DNA of 64,000 nucleotides from a virus (Duplodnaviria; Caudoviricetes): IMG/VR virus record IMGVR_UViG_3300042970_000025; one strand, 5' to 3'. Shown piece by piece: positions 54,526 to 64,000 of this stretch (position 1 is its first letter; each line of letters starts with the position of its first letter). The notes under the pieces were generated by a model. It saw only the letters and a program-made list of their open reading frames with translations, ran no database searches and was not told where the DNA came from. The position numbers and the translations under genes were made by a program.

Positions 54526-54879
54526 CTATGCTTTCTTGGATTTTATAATCGAAATAATAGCCAGTACTGCACATATCAGGCACCAACCCGCCCATATGCG
54601 TAAATCTGAATAATCACCAGCCATTGAGAATCCGAGTAAGGCTGCCAATCCAAAGAGAATTATTAAAGCAATGTTTCCGCCTTTTCCAGTCTTGTTTCTA
54701 ATTGCAATCGAAACAATTCCTGCTGCTAGCATAAGTATAGCGACAAATAATCCCGCCGAGCCGCTGGATTGGTTGTTACCATCAAGTGCATTATACATTC
54801 CTGCAGCACCTGACTGGAAAACAACGAAAACCGATAAAACTATAGATAAAATACCCGATACTAATTTCCAAATTTTCAT
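54526..54879 (-). CDS. Four-helix membrane protein
   Basis: Four hydrophobic segments; promoter TTGAAC-N17-TATAAT at 54946-54974. Confidence 0.8.
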   Translation of the reverse strand: MKIWKLVSGILSIVLSVFVVFQSGAAGMYNALDGNNQSSGSAGLFVAILMLAAGIVSIAIRNKTGKGGNIALIILFGLAALLGFSMAGDYSDLRIWAGWCLICAVLAIISIIKSKKA

Positions 54880-55314
54880 TTCTGTTTTCCTCCTTTAAAA
54901 TAATCGCTTTACATATCTTGTTCTTTGAACAATTCGCTTTACTTGATTATACAACTGAATGTATTATCGTTCAATCTATTATTTCCCTTGATGGTGTCAA
55001 GAAGAGGTAGTGAGATTATTTTATGACACCAACTGGGAAATCATTCTAATTGTGGCAGGGCCAATAGTTTGAAACAATTATCGCGGTTTGAGGAAATCTC
55101 AGAAAGAAACAGCGGGTTCCCAAGGCGTCATTCCTTTTTGGGTCTTTTCTTTTTTGTAAACATAGATGAAGCTAAAGTCGACGAACTTGAAGAAGTGTCT
55201 GAGAATGGTTACATTGCAGACATTTATACTGAGGCGGAGTTAGGTTATAGCGATGGGTTGTATCACGGAGGAGGACTAAATTTCTTGCCGCCCTCGGGCG
55301 GTATTTTTATGTGA

Positions 55315-55356
55315 AAAAAGCCCACCAGCGTCCCGATGAGGGGATGCCAGTGGGCG
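55315..55356 (-). terminator. Late-operon terminator after the lysin
   Basis: GCCCAC...GTGGGC stem with a T-run on the minus strand. Confidence 0.7.
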
Positions 55357-55360
55357 CACT

Positions 55361-56059
55361 TTATTTCAGCAGCTGATTGACTTTTTCCTGCACGGCGGCG
55401 TAGTCGTATCCGGCGGCGGTGAGTTTCTGTTTTCGCTCGGTTCCGTTACCCCATTTTCCGGCGATGACTTCCTTGGCAATTTCCGTAGTAGATTTCTTGC
55501 TGCTGCTAGAAGTTTTGGAAGAGGAACTGCCTGAAGAAGAGCTTCCCGTCAGTTTCTTGTGAAGAACGGCCCAAGCTTTAGCAGAAATATATCCGTTTGG
55601 ACAGATCTTTCCATTGACGTCAAAATGCCGGATCACATGAGAGGCTGGGATACCGTACTTTTTCATCAGTGATTTGACCAGAGGAGCGGCGGTTTCAATA
55701 GCAGTCGGCGTCGGTACCACCATTCCATTTTTCTTGTAGCAGCAGAGCTCGATTCCAATCGAGTTATAATTTGTGCAGACGTGAAAGTAGGTCGCTCCCC
55801 GGTTTCCCTGGTTCATGGCTCTTCCGGTATCAAGAAGGCCTCCTCCACAGTGCCAGGCGGCTTTGCTCTCCGGGATGCACTGCCAGATTTCGCTGTCTAC
55901 AAAGTAGTGTGCGGAGGCCCTCCGGTTCCCGCCACAGAAGTAGATGCAGTTGTTCTTCGCGGAGCTGATCGCTCCGACGTAGTGGATTACGATAAATTTG
56001 ACCTTCTGGCCATAGCGGCTCTCCTGGTTGTACTTACTGATCATTTTATTAATCTTCAT
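55361..56059 (-). CDS. Endolysin: N-acetylmuramoyl-L-alanine amidase (Amidase_2) with a CW_7 repeat
   Basis: IVIHY, SAHYFV, SIGIE, IRHFDV..KICP; IAKEVIAGKWGNG.ERK..L..AGYDY..VQ..VN. Confidence 0.92.
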   Translation of the reverse strand: MKINKMISKYNQESRYGQKVKFIVIHYVGAISSAKNNCIYFCGGNRRASAHYFVDSEIWQCIPESKAAWHCGGGLLDTGRAMNQGNRGATYFHVCTNYNSIGIELCCYKKNGMVVPTPTAIETAAPLVKSLMKKYGIPASHVIRHFDVNGKICPNGYISAKAWAVLHKKLTGSSSSGSSSSKTSSSSKKSTTEIAKEVIAGKWGNGTERKQKLTAAGYDYAAVQEKVNQLLK

Positions 56060-56474
56060 TCTTCACCCCATCTCTTTCTGCTTCATTGTGAAGCTGTTCT
56101 AACACGGCTTTGAGTTTACTTGGAATCGGAAGACCTAAGCGGCCTGCGTTTTCCAGAAGGCTGATTCCTTCGTTACTGAGATAAAAGAAAATGACCGCAG
56201 TCCGAACGACTCCGGCCTTTCCAAGTACGTGAAGGTCTACGATGTTGGCAACCCCAACAAGCAGGAAGATCAAGGCCTTCTTTGCGATTCCTTTGAAGCC
56301 CACGTTGCTGGATAATTTCTTATCTGCAATCGCGCTCATGACTCCTGTAATGTAATCACAAACGACGAAGACGATAAGAGCGTATAGCGGCCCATCGCAG
56401 CCTCCAAGGTAGTAGCCGATCCATCCGCCTAGGACGGCGAAGATCGTTTTTATTACTGCCCAGAATTCTTTCAT
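56049..56474 (-). CDS. Phage holin (Phage_holin_4 / toxin-secretion type)
   Basis: DYITG...LSS..GFKG..KK...NEGISLLEN...LGLPIP. Confidence 0.9.
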   Translation of the reverse strand: MKEFWAVIKTIFAVLGGWIGYYLGGCDGPLYALIVFVVCDYITGVMSAIADKKLSSNVGFKGIAKKALIFLLVGVANIVDLHVLGKAGVVRTAVIFFYLSNEGISLLENAGRLGLPIPSKLKAVLEQLHNEAERDGVKNED

Positions 56475-56488
56475 GGCTTTCTCCTTTC

Positions 56489-58723
56489 TCATGCGGTGCG
56501 TTTCCACATGTAAACAGATAGATAGGGCGGCATGTTTTTTCCGGATCCGTCCTCTCCGGTTTCGATATTGACGGCGGTTGTCTCCAGGTTTTCTGCGGTT
56601 TCACTAGAGGTGTATGTTGCGCCTTTCCAGTCGGTTGAAGAGCTGTTGATGACCGGCGCCTTGTAATTTCCGCTGGCAGAGGCCACGGACCTTTCGCTGA
56701 CACCTGTCTGTACGTCGCTATAGTTATAGTAGAGATACCGCGAACCATCCAGACTTGGCCCATGCTTATGGGGACTCTGCTCGTGGGTGTGGCTCTGCTG
56801 CAGGTGGTTATGTTTGACCACAACTGCATCTTCCGATCCTCCGGTGCTTCCCGCGGCGTACGCGTCGCCAGCTCCAAGAAGGAAGGTGTCTTTGATCCTT
56901 TCCCAGGTCCCTCCAAACAGATCAGAAGGGGATGCAGGGTTTACCGATAGGTAAATCGATCCCACCGGGTAAATGAGATCAAGAAGCTCCTTCCCTTTAT
57001 AATTGAGCCCGCCGTTGAACTTAGCATCGTACTGACATTCAAAGCCGGATCCTTCTGAGATCTTCCCAATCGCAAGGCCTTTTCCTTCCGCGTGAAAATC
57101 CATAATGACTTCGGCGGTCTGAACAATAGTAGTCGCGCTGCCAGATCCAAAGTCATCCGTGACGGTCAGAGAAAGCTGATAGCGGCTGGTTGGAAGAAAT
57201 TGTACATAGCCATCCGCGTCTTTAAGATCAAGCTGGCCAGACGCCTGGTAGCCCGTCATGGTCAGATTAATTGTGCCAGTGGACTTGTCGGTGAGATTCA
57301 TCCAGGTCAGAACGGCAGATTTTGAATTCTTGCTGTTTAATGAACTTACGGAGATCCCGTAGCTTACGCGTAGGCAGCTCCCAGACTCGTCAGCCGTAAG
57401 GTTACCGTCGCTATCTTCGCTCATGCGGGCAGCCTTTAGCGTTGTGACAGATGGAGAAGCGTAGGGAAGGACTGTGATTTCTTTTTCTGCAGTAACAGAA
57501 CTTCTGGATCTACCGTCCATGACAAAGGCGGAAAGCAAGGTAGAACCTTCTTTGATTTCTGCATCCGCTGTAATTACTGGCAGGGAAGAAGACAGGTAGC
57601 TTCCTTCCGTAAAGCCAGCAAAATAGGTCTTAATGGGAGAGCTGTAGCTTTCCGTTCCCGTGATTTTTATCTTTGGAATGGATTTTCCAGAGACAAAGCC
57701 TCCATAATGCTGGAGGAGGGTTTCTGTTTGATACGCATCATAAAAAACCGTATCGGTGACCTCGGTGATCTCTGCTGTTGGGATGACGGATGATGGCACG
57801 ATCAGAGTCAATCCCTCCTGATCTGTAGCAAGCACACTGCCTTCGTAGCAGGTTTCCAGAAAGACCGTGCAGGAAGAAGACGTGGAGATTGTGATCTGAT
57901 TCAGAAGATCAAGTGGCGGGGTAAAGCTGGTCGTTCCCACGGCAGAAGAATCCGCAATTCCGTCTGTCCCCGTCACGCTGTTTACCTGGTAATAGAGATG
58001 ATGTGTGTAGCCAGAGTAGTTCCCCTGAGTCGTTATTTCTACTGAATTTGCCCCGTCAACGATGCAGGAAGATGCGGAGAGAAAAAGAACGCTTGTTTCT
58101 GGCCGCTTTAATGTCAAACTGCAGCTGTTGCTTCCAAGAGAAGTAGAACCGTTATAGGTAGTGCAGGTAATCGTGCAGGTCCCGGATACTCCTTCCGTGC
58201 ACCAGGAAAGAGGCGGCGTCCAGTTGACGGAGGCGGCTGTCGTTTTGGTCGCGATCGCATCGGATTTTCCATTCCAGGAAGCGGTCAATGTATGGGTAAA
58301 GGAAGACGATTTCCGGTTCGTGTTGATGGTCAGAGCCGTTCCGAGAGTCCCTGAAGCAGGGCATGATGGTGCTGATTTTCTTGCGATCGTGGTCAGCGTT
58401 TTCGTTAATGAATCTTTTACGGTTCCTGAGCTCGTGCTGGTTGCGTATGATGCAGAGACGGTTAGTTTCTTTGATCCGTCAGAGTTATGCTCGATATCCA
58501 GCGTTTTGCTGTAAATGGTATTGCTTCCGCTGGTCGTGTTGTTTGGGTTCAGGCTGACCGATTTGGTGTATTTGTCTCCATCGATGACGACGGTGAGTTT
58601 CGGCGGGTTATGATCAAAAGTTCCGGAGGTCCATTTTGCCGTGACTTTGACGGTGACATTTGAAGTGTTCGAAGAGACCGATGTGCTGTTTTCGGTAATT
58701 CCAATGGTAATCGATGCTGGCAT
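56489..58723 (-). CDS. Minor tail / tail fibre protein (DUF859-like)
   Basis: Ser/Thr-rich beta repeats; YPVGSIYLS...P..LFGGTW and NMPPYLSVYMWKRTA. Confidence 0.8.
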   Translation of the reverse strand: MPASITIGITENSTSVSSNTSNVTVKVTAKWTSGTFDHNPPKLTVVIDGDKYTKSVSLNPNNTTSGSNTIYSKTLDIEHNSDGSKKLTVSASYATSTSSGTVKDSLTKTLTTIARKSAPSCPASGTLGTALTINTNRKSSSFTHTLTASWNGKSDAIATKTTAASVNWTPPLSWCTEGVSGTCTITCTTYNGSTSLGSNSCSLTLKRPETSVLFLSASSCIVDGANSVEITTQGNYSGYTHHLYYQVNSVTGTDGIADSSAVGTTSFTPPLDLLNQITISTSSSCTVFLETCYEGSVLATDQEGLTLIVPSSVIPTAEITEVTDTVFYDAYQTETLLQHYGGFVSGKSIPKIKITGTESYSSPIKTYFAGFTEGSYLSSSLPVITADAEIKEGSTLLSAFVMDGRSRSSVTAEKEITVLPYASPSVTTLKAARMSEDSDGNLTADESGSCLRVSYGISVSSLNSKNSKSAVLTWMNLTDKSTGTINLTMTGYQASGQLDLKDADGYVQFLPTSRYQLSLTVTDDFGSGSATTIVQTAEVIMDFHAEGKGLAIGKISEGSGFECQYDAKFNGGLNYKGKELLDLIYPVGSIYLSVNPASPSDLFGGTWERIKDTFLLGAGDAYAAGSTGGSEDAVVVKHNHLQQSHTHEQSPHKHGPSLDGSRYLYYNYSDVQTGVSERSVASASGNYKAPVINSSSTDWKGATYTSSETAENLETTAVNIETGEDGSGKNMPPYLSVYMWKRTA

Positions 58724-58726
58724 AAG

Positions 58727-60388
58727 TTATCCCTCCTGATCTTCCAGAAGTTTAAAAGACAGATTTCCGTTTGGCTGAGGGACAAAAGCAAAGTCATCTT
58801 TATTGTCACCCGCGCTTCCAAAGCGGATAGACTCAAGGATCCTTGCCTTTGTGATCTTCATGGTGTCCGTATTAAAAAAGGCGGAGATCGCTCCGCCTGC
58901 GTAAAGGCTCATTCCTTGTTTAGATATCGTCACTTTGTAGGGCGATCCTTCTTCACCGATCTCAATGACTAGTTCTCCGTCTACTTCTGCAGATCGGATG
59001 TACTTAAGTGGCTGATTGATGAGGCTAAGTGCCTCTTGAGAGAAGCTCGAAATGAGAAGAGCGCCTGCCGCGATCTTTTCTGAAGTAATGGTGCCTTTAC
59101 CGATTTTGCTTCCGTCGATAGTTCCAGATCCATCATCAAGGGACCATTCCTTTAAAATTTCTTTTGCCTCATCCACGGAAGACTTCATAGAAGAAAGCTT
59201 TTCCTGACCATCGATTGCCTGCTTGGCCTGGTCTGCTGCATCCTGGACTTTACTGTCCAGTTCATCCAGCCTTCCAGGGATGCGCTCTGTTCTTGCGACT
59301 TTTTCTGTGTGAGAGGTCCGGTCAGAATCGGTGTAGGTGATTTCATCGTAGATCACTTCTCCAGCTTCATCGGTCACGGTTTTTGTCTCTCCAACGAGGC
59401 CTGTGATGGTCTCTGTGATCCCACCGTCCCCATAGACGTCTTCCTGAAGGCCAGTGACAGAACTATCCAGGCTGTCTGCCGTCTGCTGGGCCGCATCTGC
59501 TGCCTGTTTTGCGGCGTCTGCTTTTGCGTTGATTTCAGACAGCGATTCTCTCCAAGGAGTCGCCAGGGCACCTTCCTCTACTTTGAGGTTCGCAATGTCT
59601 AGTGTCGAGCCAGACGGCATAGCTGAAAGGTCAAAGGATAGATTCTGGGAAGATGCGGCTACTCCAAGAGACAATGCCGTGGAGGAGTAGTGGATCCATA
59701 CGCCAGAATTATCGGTGTCTTCACCCGCAGCAGTATTGTCAATGTCTGAGAAGGCGATCTGGATATTGCTTCCATCGCTGTCCTGCATACGGACTGGAAT
59801 CGTAAATAGCTCAGACATTCTGATATCCGCTGATAGGGTGTAGCTGTTTCCTTCCGGCTGACTGGACAGCACATTTCTAAGGTCCGCTGCGAAAAAAGAA
59901 AGACTGTTTTCTCCAGCGGTTGTGCAGGTTACCGTGAGGTAATTGACGGTATCTAAATCAGTGTAGATGCCTTCCTCATTTTCTGAAAGCGTAAGGTTAC
60001 TGGACGCGGACCAGCCGGTTACTCCCTGATTCGTAGAAACGAGTAGGTTGACATTTCCAATCTCTGTGTCGGTGTTCCCCTGGGTTAAGGTGATGTCCAT
60101 GGAGTTGATTTCCGCATCTGCGGAAAGGTCATCTGCTGCATCTTCCAGTTCTTCTAGCCGATCTTCGAGATCTTCAAAAGTGCCTGGATCATTCTCTTCA
60201 GCAGGCTCAATTTCTTGCCAGCTGTATTTTGCCGGGTCCGTTGATTCTTCACTGGACTGGTCGGTATAGCGCCCGATAAAAAGGGCATCATTTGATTCCT
60301 TGAGGCTTAAGTTCGTCCCGGCTTCATCATCTGCCCAGGCGGCATGAAGGAAGAAATATTGCTCATTAAATTTTGTCTTTACTACCAT
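58727..60388 (-). CDS. Tail/baseplate protein with a carbohydrate-binding-like domain
   Basis: KVEEGALATPW motif; coiled coils; C-terminal AFVPQPNGNLSF. Confidence 0.7.
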   Translation of the reverse strand: MVVKTKFNEQYFFLHAAWADDEAGTNLSLKESNDALFIGRYTDQSSEESTDPAKYSWQEIEPAEENDPGTFEDLEDRLEELEDAADDLSADAEINSMDITLTQGNTDTEIGNVNLLVSTNQGVTGWSASSNLTLSENEEGIYTDLDTVNYLTVTCTTAGENSLSFFAADLRNVLSSQPEGNSYTLSADIRMSELFTIPVRMQDSDGSNIQIAFSDIDNTAAGEDTDNSGVWIHYSSTALSLGVAASSQNLSFDLSAMPSGSTLDIANLKVEEGALATPWRESLSEINAKADAAKQAADAAQQTADSLDSSVTGLQEDVYGDGGITETITGLVGETKTVTDEAGEVIYDEITYTDSDRTSHTEKVARTERIPGRLDELDSKVQDAADQAKQAIDGQEKLSSMKSSVDEAKEILKEWSLDDGSGTIDGSKIGKGTITSEKIAAGALLISSFSQEALSLINQPLKYIRSAEVDGELVIEIGEEGSPYKVTISKQGMSLYAGGAISAFFNTDTMKITKARILESIRFGSAGDNKDDFAFVPQPNGNLSFKLLEDQEG

Positions 60389-60397
60389 AGCGGCCTC

Positions 60398-60889
60398 CTA
60401 CAAAGTAGCGATCCAATAAAACGAGGTGTCGGTGTCGCTGGAGCGGTAAAGGCAGAGGTCAAAACCCTTGGTCGTGACGCTCTTAACGCTGAAGGACACC
60501 AGATTAGGCGCCGCGGTGATCGGGGTGATGGCGACCGATGGGACAGAAGAAAAGGCCTTCGGAAAGTTCACGTGCTTGGTCACCACCTTGTTTTTCTTTG
60601 CGTCAACACGGGCGGATCCTCGCTGGAGGTTCCTTACCTTGACGTTCTGGCTGGAGTCGATCGTAAAGGGAGAAAGCGCTGTAGTTACTGCATCACTTAC
60701 GTTTTCATTTACTTCCGTAATAACGCTCTGAAGCTCGCTGTTCAGGTTCGCCGCATTCAGCTGCGTTCCTTCTGTTGTGATGGTGCCTTCTGCACGCGTC
60801 AAATCAAAGGTGCCAAGGACCTCTCCGGTATCGGAATTGGTCAGGGTATAGCGCCCCGGATGCTCGACGACGCGGTCAATAAATGCCAT
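60398..60889 (-). CDS. Tail protein with an H-type-lectin-like C-terminus
   Basis: EGTQLNAANLN; VNFPKAFSSVPSV...TTKGF...FYWIA. Confidence 0.65.
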   Translation of the reverse strand: MAFIDRVVEHPGRYTLTNSDTGEVLGTFDLTRAEGTITTEGTQLNAANLNSELQSVITEVNENVSDAVTTALSPFTIDSSQNVKVRNLQRGSARVDAKKNKVVTKHVNFPKAFSSVPSVAITPITAAPNLVSFSVKSVTTKGFDLCLYRSSDTDTSFYWIATL

Positions 60890-60901
60890 AATATAGCCTC
60901 C

Positions 60902-61273
60902 TTAATATCCACTTGAATACGTCTCTGCTGCGTAAATTGAATCTCCACTGTAGGACGATGCCTTCGTCTGATCAAGCAGAATCTGGATTTGTTCTTTATA
61001 CAGTAGCGTCAATTCTTCCACCTGGTTAAAGGTTTCTGCGGCCATTTCGCTCCCCGGAAGCGGGGCATTGAGTCCGGTAACAGCGCTAAGCTGATTTAAC
61101 GTAGTTAGAATCTGATTCCATTCAGTTACAGTCACAAAGTCATTTAAGCTGAAGTTCTCTTTCAGGTTTCCAGTTGGAAGAAGGACGTTTAGATTTCCGC
61201 AGATGCGGTTCATGTCCTCTGTAGTGACGCGATCTGAAGCAGTCCAGTCGGTTTTGGGTTCTTTCCATGTCAT
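60902..61273 (-). CDS. Tail protein
   Basis: W..PKTDW...DMNRI..N pattern; synteny. Confidence 0.65.
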   Translation of the reverse strand: MTWKEPKTDWTASDRVTTEDMNRICGNLNVLLPTGNLKENFSLNDFVTVTEWNQILTTLNQLSAVTGLNAPLPGSEMAAETFNQVEELTLLYKEQIQILLDQTKASSYSGDSIYAAETYSSGY

Positions 61274-61284
61274 ATTCCACCTCG

Positions 61285-63069
61285 TTAACAGATCCCTTTC
61301 CGGTAGGTAACTTCCGCTTTCGTTCCTCCGCCTTCGTGGGTTAAGGTGATCGTTTCAATCGTGCAGAGCTCCTCGCTTCCATCAAGCCGGTGAAAAGAAA
61401 ACACGTCTCTAGGCTGCATGCGTGGGTCTCCCTTAAAGGTAAAAGAACCCGTGATGTTTGACCGGTTAAATAGATAGGCGTAGTTTGGGTAGAGCAGGGT
61501 GGTTCCACCGTAGATTTTCCCGTGAGAAATGGGATCAACCGTGATTGTTGTTCCTGGCCTTTTTCCAGAAGGAAGAATGGAGGAGTTCTCCATGGTTACC
61601 GTGACGGATTTTCCTTTGACGACGCACTGGTTCAGCTTTTTCGTCACCGTCTTATAGATCGGCGTTCCTTTCTTCTTTCCCGTTTTATATTTCTTCCCGG
61701 ATTTAACTTTCACCTTCTTAGAAACCGTCGTTTTCTTTGCGGTCCAGACGATCTTGCTTGCAGTAGCTAAGACGGACTTTGCGTTAGAAACCGTTAAATA
61801 CCACCAATAACCTTCAGGCGAATGGGAATACCCTTTTCCAGCTTCTACGGATTTTGTCTCCAGAGTCTCTAGTTTATTAGACCTCACGGCTTTGCTGTGA
61901 AGGCCGTAGTCTGCGTCTGTTATGATTTTGGAGATATTCCGCTCGACGCTCCGGACGACATCTCCACAGTCTTTTTCGTAGATGTCCCATTTTTTGATGG
62001 GCTTGCTCCAGGTGACTCTTGGAATCCCTGCATCTACAAAGGCTGGCCAGAAAGTCCCGTTATGCGATAAGTTCATGATGTCAGCTACGATCTCACGGGA
62101 GGACTGCTCGTCAAAGATCAAGGTGTAAGGAGATGAATTGCTGTTCGTATCCGGAGCAGTTTCTCTTGACACGAGCTTTACCCCGGAGTCCGTGATGAAC
62201 TTTAAGAAGCGGTTGTAAAGGACTTTTCTTCCGTTTCCGCCGGTAGAGTTTACGACCTGGGAGATGTTGTTCTTATCTTCTAGTTTTGCGCTCATGTCTT
62301 CACCTTTGATGGTGATGACGTTGTTTTCCATGGAAGCTTTTTCAGATAGGTAGAAAGAGCGGACCTTGGAGTAGTCACCTTCATATCCTGCGTAATACCA
62401 GACCGGAACATCGTCTCCTACATTGCTGATCGCTTCTGAAATGTCATCTGGCCAGTAGGCCTGAATCTCAATTTCAGACACCTGCCAGGAAGGACTGGTG
62501 ATCGAAAGATCTGACCGGAGGGCCAGGGTGCAGGAGACCAGATTCTTATTATTAAACTCCAAGGTGATTCCTGGAGTAATTGAAGCAATTTCAATCCGGC
62601 TTTCTGGATCCGTGCTTTTCGCTGTCAGAGTGATCGCCTTTCCGTTTACCGGGATCACGACAATTCTTCTTGCTTCATAATCGGTTCCGTTTGCGCTGAT
62701 CGTTCCGGGAGTGTCTGAAGTTACCGCAAGGGTGAGGGCAGCGATGTCTGTTTTCGAAGTCACAGTGATCGCTAAGGTTTCTCCAACAATAGACCTAAGC
62801 CCGAGCTTTCCATTTTCCAGGCTCCCTGAAAGAGCAGAGTCAAATAGGGAGCAGGTTCCATCCAAAGAGAAGCCTGCTCCAGACAGGTCCGTGAGATCTC
62901 TCATATCCCAGTGCTCATTATCAAGAGCTTCTGATACATTCGCATCTGTCACAGCTCCTGAAATACCAGTGAAGGTGAGATCAACTTTCTCGTTTCTACC
63001 GGAAAATCCGCAGTGGACTTCGAAAGGCGTCCGGATAGATTTTCTATTTTCCTCATCAATTGTGAGCAT
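61285..63069 (-). CDS. Tail hub/Tal-like protein
   Basis: C-terminal FKGDPRMQPRD motif; position after the distal-tail gene. Confidence 0.65.
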   Translation of the reverse strand: MLTIDEENRKSIRTPFEVHCGFSGRNEKVDLTFTGISGAVTDANVSEALDNEHWDMRDLTDLSGAGFSLDGTCSLFDSALSGSLENGKLGLRSIVGETLAITVTSKTDIAALTLAVTSDTPGTISANGTDYEARRIVVIPVNGKAITLTAKSTDPESRIEIASITPGITLEFNNKNLVSCTLALRSDLSITSPSWQVSEIEIQAYWPDDISEAISNVGDDVPVWYYAGYEGDYSKVRSFYLSEKASMENNVITIKGEDMSAKLEDKNNISQVVNSTGGNGRKVLYNRFLKFITDSGVKLVSRETAPDTNSNSSPYTLIFDEQSSREIVADIMNLSHNGTFWPAFVDAGIPRVTWSKPIKKWDIYEKDCGDVVRSVERNISKIITDADYGLHSKAVRSNKLETLETKSVEAGKGYSHSPEGYWWYLTVSNAKSVLATASKIVWTAKKTTVSKKVKVKSGKKYKTGKKKGTPIYKTVTKKLNQCVVKGKSVTVTMENSSILPSGKRPGTTITVDPISHGKIYGGTTLLYPNYAYLFNRSNITGSFTFKGDPRMQPRDVFSFHRLDGSEELCTIETITLTHEGGGTKAEVTYRKGIC

Positions 63070-63427
63070 TTAAGAATCTCACCTCAACTTTCACATCGGA
63101 CCAGACCGGATTTCCATCTGAACTTGTCGCGCGGGAAGCTGTGCTGATGGCGGAGGTCCGCACGATGCTTTCCGTATGAGAAGTTCCGTCTGCACCCATA
63201 AAGGTGATAGTTGACTCTCCACTCATGGAAAGAAGAATTTCAAGCTGAGCCTGAGGTAGTGTGTCCCACTCTAAACTCATATCCGAATACCGCCATCCGA
63301 TTCGGTCTGCAATGGTATCTCCGGTGCAGGTCGTGATTTCTGCTACATAGATGTCTTCCCTCTGAGGAGAGAAATCGTTTGGCCTTAGGATCTCTTTTCC
63401 GTTGATCTGAATAGTTGAGTAAATCAT
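63056..63427 (-). CDS. Distal-tail-like protein
   Basis: Immediately after the tape measure gene; 123 aa. Confidence 0.6.
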   Translation of the reverse strand: MIYSTIQINGKEILRPNDFSPQREDIYVAEITTCTGDTIADRIGWRYSDMSLEWDTLPQAQLEILLSMSGESTITFMGADGTSHTESIVRTSAISTASRATSSDGNPVWSDVKVEVRFLNAHN

Positions 63428-64000
63428 CAGCCGAGCCTCCTTTTATACGTGTCGTATGCATGGACGATTTCTTCTCCCATCTTTGGGCCGTTCTTAAAGA
63501 GGTAAACGTTCAAGATGAATATCACCTCCAAGGTTACCGCTCTGAGAGATTCGGCTAGCGGTAAGCACCGCATTTGCCATGTCGTTTCCGGCGCCTGCAA
63601 CAGCGGATCTTATCATACTCATCAGAGACTCTGTCCCGACCACAGTTTCTGATCCAGCTTCACCTCCTGCAAGAAGGCTGTCACCTGCTGCTCCAAAGAT
63701 AGTCGGGGAGTTTAAGATGATTCCGTTTTTCATGGCCTTTGCGTACCAGTCCACAGAGAATTTCGGAAGTGATCCTTTTCCTCCGATACCAAACGGGGCT
63801 TTCCCTCCTGAAACGTGGATATGAGGAAGCCTCAGGTTGCTGAAGATGTTTCCAATCCGAAGAGGAAAGAACCCTTTGATGGTGTTAATGATTCCCCGGA
63901 TCCGGTCACGGGCCGCATTAATAGGAGTCAGCATAGCAGACTTGATCCCATTCCAAACGCGAGACGTAATCGAGCGGATTGCAGTCCATGCTGAAGTCAC
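63427..64000 (-). CDS. Tape measure protein, 3' part; apparent 1-nt frameshift near 63512 gives an early stop at 63494
   Basis: Trp-spaced repeats, LPH...V.WYAKAM, AGGEAGSE motifs; the natural-looking end continues in another frame to a TGATG overlap at 63427. Confidence 0.85.

Larger units (their letters stand above)
1..64000. mobile_element. Temperate siphovirus-like prophage/episome with serine recombinases, defence island and tet(W) cargo; extends beyond both window edges
   Basis: Single-copy set of packaging, head, tail, lysis, replication and integration genes; no host core genes seen. Confidence 0.9.

Noticed and set aside
54993-55030. GGTGTCA...TGACACC inverted repeat, possible IS footprint
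   Set aside because: Only 7-bp arms, no transposase and no target duplication
55069-55314. 81-aa plus-strand ORF
   Set aside because: No RBS; mosaic-looking sequence, at most a gene remnant
56489-60889. Diversity-generating retroelement or invertible tail-fibre cassette
   Set aside because: No reverse transcriptase, template/variable repeat pair or invertase sites were seen

Overview
The whole window is one temperate siphovirus-like element from a Bacillota (Firmicutes; probably Clostridia) host, resembling the phi-m46.1-like prophages that carry large serine recombinases and resistance cargo. No host housekeeping genes are visible. On the minus strand (right to left) it reads: 3' end of tape-measure gene, tail/fibre genes, holin, amidase; accessory genes; a DNA polymerase module (Cas4-like DUF2800, SSB DUF2815, family A polymerase); and a three-gene serine recombinase cassette. 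Next come an attP-like site carrying a replacement 3' end of rlmD/rumA and a plus-strand defence island (WYL regulator, helicase-MTase restriction system, GmrSD-like nuclease, 5'-truncated BREX pglX, pglZ, brxL, HEPN protein). The minus strand then continues with a LexA-like repressor, a sigma-like factor, VirE primase-helicase, VRR-NUC, SNF2, packaging, head and tail genes, and finally a tet(W) cassette in the slot after the tail chaperones. The gene set is non-redundant and circularly permuted, consistent with an excised circle or a tandem array. The most striking observation is a 309-aa class 1 intein in motif B of the DNA polymerase. Its HNH-type endonuclease is not in the intein frame but is a nested +1-frame gene with its own near-perfect Shine-Dalgarno sequence, so about 770 bp are open in two frames. 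Other notable items: a triplicated candidate origin (two copies in a diverged tandem duplication), two families of repeated phage promoters suggesting an SOS > sigma-like factor > replication/excision cascade, a -1 frameshift site in the tail chaperone, and a 1-nt frameshift at the tape-measure C-terminus. All family assignments come from motif recognition, not database searches.
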